A stretch of DNA of 51,957 bases, counting the filler, from Circinaria calcarea (taxonomy: Eukaryota): assembly GCA_051942165.1 (NCBI GenBank). It is 3 parts of 3 records of this genome, joined end to end, with 100 filler letters (N's around TTAATTAATTAA, not from the genome) between each part and the next. Parts side by side here need not be neighbours in the genome. Positions count along the whole stretch, not along the records: positions 34,719 to 51,957 come from JAVECS010000280.1; 2 more parts are not named here. One strand, given 5' to 3'. A model generated the notes under the pieces. It ran no database searches, was not told where the DNA came from, and worked only from the letters and a program-made list of their open reading frames with translations. The position numbers were made by a program, and so were the translations under genes. Positions 48,419 through 51,957 of the stretch are shown piece after piece. The first letter of the stretch is position 1, and the number at the start of each line of letters is the position of its first letter.

Positions 48419-51400
48419 ATGTCGCGACCAAGATACGTGCCGAACCTACGTACTCCCTTATCATTAGAAAAACTCTGTCGGAAATGTAGGCTCCGGCGGC
48501 AGCAACGCTTCTTCTCGACAGATCGTACTTTCGTGGAGGCGTCTCTAAAGTCTACAAGGGACGATGGGCCTACAGAAGACACTACGAAATGGAGATATGC
48601 GATATACGCTACGCCTCTCGTGCGAAAGTCTTTTACCAGCAAGCCTAGACGTCAACGAATTGGGAAGATTCGGAATGAGAGTCTAGAAGCTCTAAAAGAA
48701 AACACCTTAGATGGCCATGGAAATGGGTCCGAAGCAAGAGGGAAAACCCTCGCGGAAGCACTGAGCAGTCATTTGAACGGTGTGAAACCTTTTCCCAGAC
48801 GAAGCCCAAACCCGATGCTGGAGAGCGTACAGAGGAGTCTAGTCGACGCGACACTTGACAATGCTCTCGACATTGCAAGTCATCAAAATAAAGAGCATGA
48901 GCAACCTGCGTCCCTAGATGGCCTTAAGACACCTTTAGCCATGTCCCGACAAGGAAACTACCGTTCGAAAACCCCGGCATCGCGCGCATCACCTCTCGCA
49001 AAACCGGGTGGGGTTCATCTTCCGGATATCGTAGGAAAAAGGATGTATACAACCAGTGCAGTAGGTGAGCATATAAACTTTAGGCGAGTTGAAGCATTAC
49101 TGACCATCGAAGACTAGATTCGCTATCCCTGGAACCCAGGCCAGCTTCGATACTAATCAAATTCTTGACCTACTGCAGTCTAAGTCAAAACCACTTGGCA
49201 TACGTGACAGGTTACGGGCATGGCAAGAAGACCATGAACTTTCTGGGGAACAGGCGGTCGACCAGTATGACCTTGAGGATATCGCTGAACCGGGAGCATT
49301 GCAAAACTTTATCACGAGGCGAGGACCTATCAATCAAATAGCGGATGATTCGATTTTGGAAGACCAAGACAACGGTAGGGCGGTGGCGTTTGGGACGGAT
49401 GACGACCGAGTCCCAGATATAGTGGATTCACGGGTCTTCCTACAACAGGGTGATCTTGTAGAGTTATTGTAATGTCTAAGATTGAAGGCCCATGAAGCTG
49501 TGCATGACGGCTAACAAGTCGCAGGACAGGGGGGTCATCAATGCTTGCAGTTTTCATCCAAAATATTGGCAACCAACTCCAGTTCTACACAATAAAGGGT
49601 AAATGGATTCACCGATTACCACGCCGGATTTTGTTCTCTGTCCCTCGATTTATAAACAAGCCCTCTGTGGTAACCCTGTTACCCTATCTTCCTACAACGC
49701 TGGTACCGGACAGTGAACTCGACAAGTTGCAGTCCACGGGTGTTGCCGTTCCAAGGGAAGCTGGTGCACCTCTGATTAATGCAATGTTGAAATTCGAACG
49801 TGCAGCAGATAAAGTTTACAGAGAACATGCAGATAAACTAGACAGTGCGTACACCGTTATGGCTCATGAGAAGCACTTCCGATATGCAACAACGACGGAG
49901 ATAGCGATGAAGGTGCTAGCAATACGTAATCCTGAGAAGATCTCAATACCAATCATGTTTGCAGTTCATCGAGTTCTAGTTCATGACGATCTAGGCTTTA
50001 GAGTCGATTATCGCCACCATAGGACGACCAGCATGTTCGAGATTCAACCGCGGCGGGAAGTTGCTCTTGTCAAACAGGTTAGACACTGGCTTCGCCAATA
50101 TCAGGAAAACGCCGTCACGCTTGCATCTGGAGATCCAATCAGCCATAAAGCATCCCTTGTGGATAACCCAATCCCAGGATTTGTCAAGAAAGCTCGTAGA
50201 CTGATCATGGAAAGCCGAAAAACTCGTGCCGTTACTCAATCAGGCGGCATTGGCCCGAGTTCGATCAAGGTCACGCCGGTGAAGCCATACATGTCGTTTA
50301 TTGAACACGTTAGCTTGGAAACGTTCACTGAGAAAGAATCGGTGATTATTCGCTTTCTCGAGTTTTGGTCATCGCGTCGTTCAATGAAGCAGTATTCGCC
50401 ACTCAATTCCCTTGGACCAATGATCCTGCGAGCTACCGGGATGTATGAAGGATTCGACTTAGCTGAAGGTACAGGGCTCACACTACTCCAAGAACTTGGT
50501 GTACTCATGCCATGGGAGAATCCAGTCGCATTTGATACCCGATTAGCGCTTCCAGGACATAACTACGACCTTAAGACCGACTCGCTGCAAGCGGATGCTT
50601 TTCGGTCTTTTCTTGGCTCCGAGCTGGAAGATAGCATGGCAGATTTGAGGAAAGATTGGGGTGAATTAGAAGTATATTGTGTCGATTCCGCCGACGCAAA
50701 GGAGATTGACGATGGATTTTCCTTGGAAAGGATCGATGAGGATCCATCGCAGTTTTGGATCCATGTTCATGTTGCCAATCCCACCGCCTTCATACCACCT
50801 GACCATCCAGTTGCACAGTATGCTGCCCGTCTGACAGAAACCCTCTATTTTCCAGAGACAGTGTACTACATGCTGAGTCCCAGACTTACACAAGCACGGT
50901 TTAGCCTCAGGAAGAATCGACCGTCACTGACATTTAGTGTGAAGATGAACTTGAACGGGGAGATTCTCGAGACCAAGATCACGCCAAGCACGATTCGGAA
51001 CGTCCACTTTTTCACCCCTAAGGACATCTGTGATGCCTTGGCCGTCCAAGGCAGCGAGTCAAGGCTTACATCTAGCTTTAGCGTAGGGGGTACGGTCCCG
51101 AATTTCACGCGAGAGGATTTGGGCAAGGGGCTAACCCAGGAACAAACAACTACGCTACAGATGTTGCAGCGACTTGGAGTAGCAAGACGTCGTGTGCGCG
51201 AGAGTCGTGGCTTCTTAAACGTGCGAATGAACCAGACAAAGGTCGCTGTCTATTTCACGGCCAGTGGACCTAGCCCCCTCTTACTTCCCTGGCGTTCGAA
51301 AGCGAGAAGACTTGAAGGCGACCCAGTCATATCCATGGAGGTCAAGATGTTTGATCCTACAGTACATGCCCAACCAGGAAGCGCTGATGAGGCAGAGATG

Positions 51401-51957
51401 CTTGTGCCCGAGCTCATGATTCTTGCAGGTGAGGTCGCGGCAATGTGGTGTAGCGAACGCAACATCCCGGTACTCTACAGAGGAACTCAGTCCAATCCAG
51501 AGCGCCAGAATCCAGTAGAATTCAAAGAGCAGATTTTGGCCCCTGCGATCGCGAAGGGCGGCTGTTATCCTTTCTTGCTGCTGGGGCAATACATAGTCAG
51601 CATTGGAAAGGGGGTCAGCTTGAGTACACCACAAAAGCACATCACCATTGGCACAGACGCCTACACCAAAGTCACTTCCCCTCTCCGCCGTTATGGCGAC
51701 ATGCTCGCCCACTGGCAAATTGAAGCCGCCATCCGGCAGGAGGCCTCCACCGGCACCTCTCTGGTCGGAAGCATGGAGTATTCCTACCTTCCCTTCCCTC
51801 GCTCCCAAGTCGACAGCATGATTCCGCGCATTTCGGAACGCGAGCGCATGGTCACCCTGGCCAAACGCAGTTCTCACCGACACTGGACCCTGCAGTTAAT
51901 CTTTCGAGCACACTATTTCCAAGAGGCAACACTACCCGATCCTTTTCACATCTTCAT
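48419..51957 (+). CDS. cyt-4: Mitochondrial RNase II/RNB family exoribonuclease Cyt-4/Dss1, running off the window end
   Basis: Arg-rich presequence-like start. Introns 49061-49112 and 49469-49524. RNB motifs DLRKDWGELEVYCVDSADAKEIDDGFS, HVHVANP and YTKVTSPLRRYGDMLAHWQI. Confidence 0.92.

Overview
Eukaryotic DNA from a filamentous ascomycete (Pezizomycotina). Evidence: spliceosomal introns of mostly 45-75 nt with CTRAY branch points, and fungal-specific gene families. A lichen-forming Lecanoromycete-like origin is only a guess. Two 100-nt artificial linkers (N44-TTAATTAATTAA-N44) split the window into three contigs. About 16 intact or gap/edge-truncated genes can be spliced by eye: Uap2/Tat-SF1 splicing factor, MeaA-type ammonium transporter, Ssk2 MAPKKK, a coiled-coil protein, an acyltransferase-3, a CFEM GPI protein, an S41 peptidase with a long repeat stalk, a 12-intron sugar/polyol porter, a GPI Ser-rich protein, FMP42, an orphan ORF, an amidase, a MARVEL protein, a Zn2Cys6 factor, CnxG/MOCS2A and Cyt-4. 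The most interesting signal is split or missed by the ORF track: a small minus-strand locus at 32941-33514 whose protein-like frame is broken by three TAG and one TGA, each reading naturally as Trp. Two weaker stop-interrupted frames lie at 6305-7591 and 27098-28634. These could be genes restored by A-to-I editing or readthrough, or simply pseudogenes; the sequence alone cannot decide. No tRNA, rRNA, CRISPR array or intact transposon was recognised.
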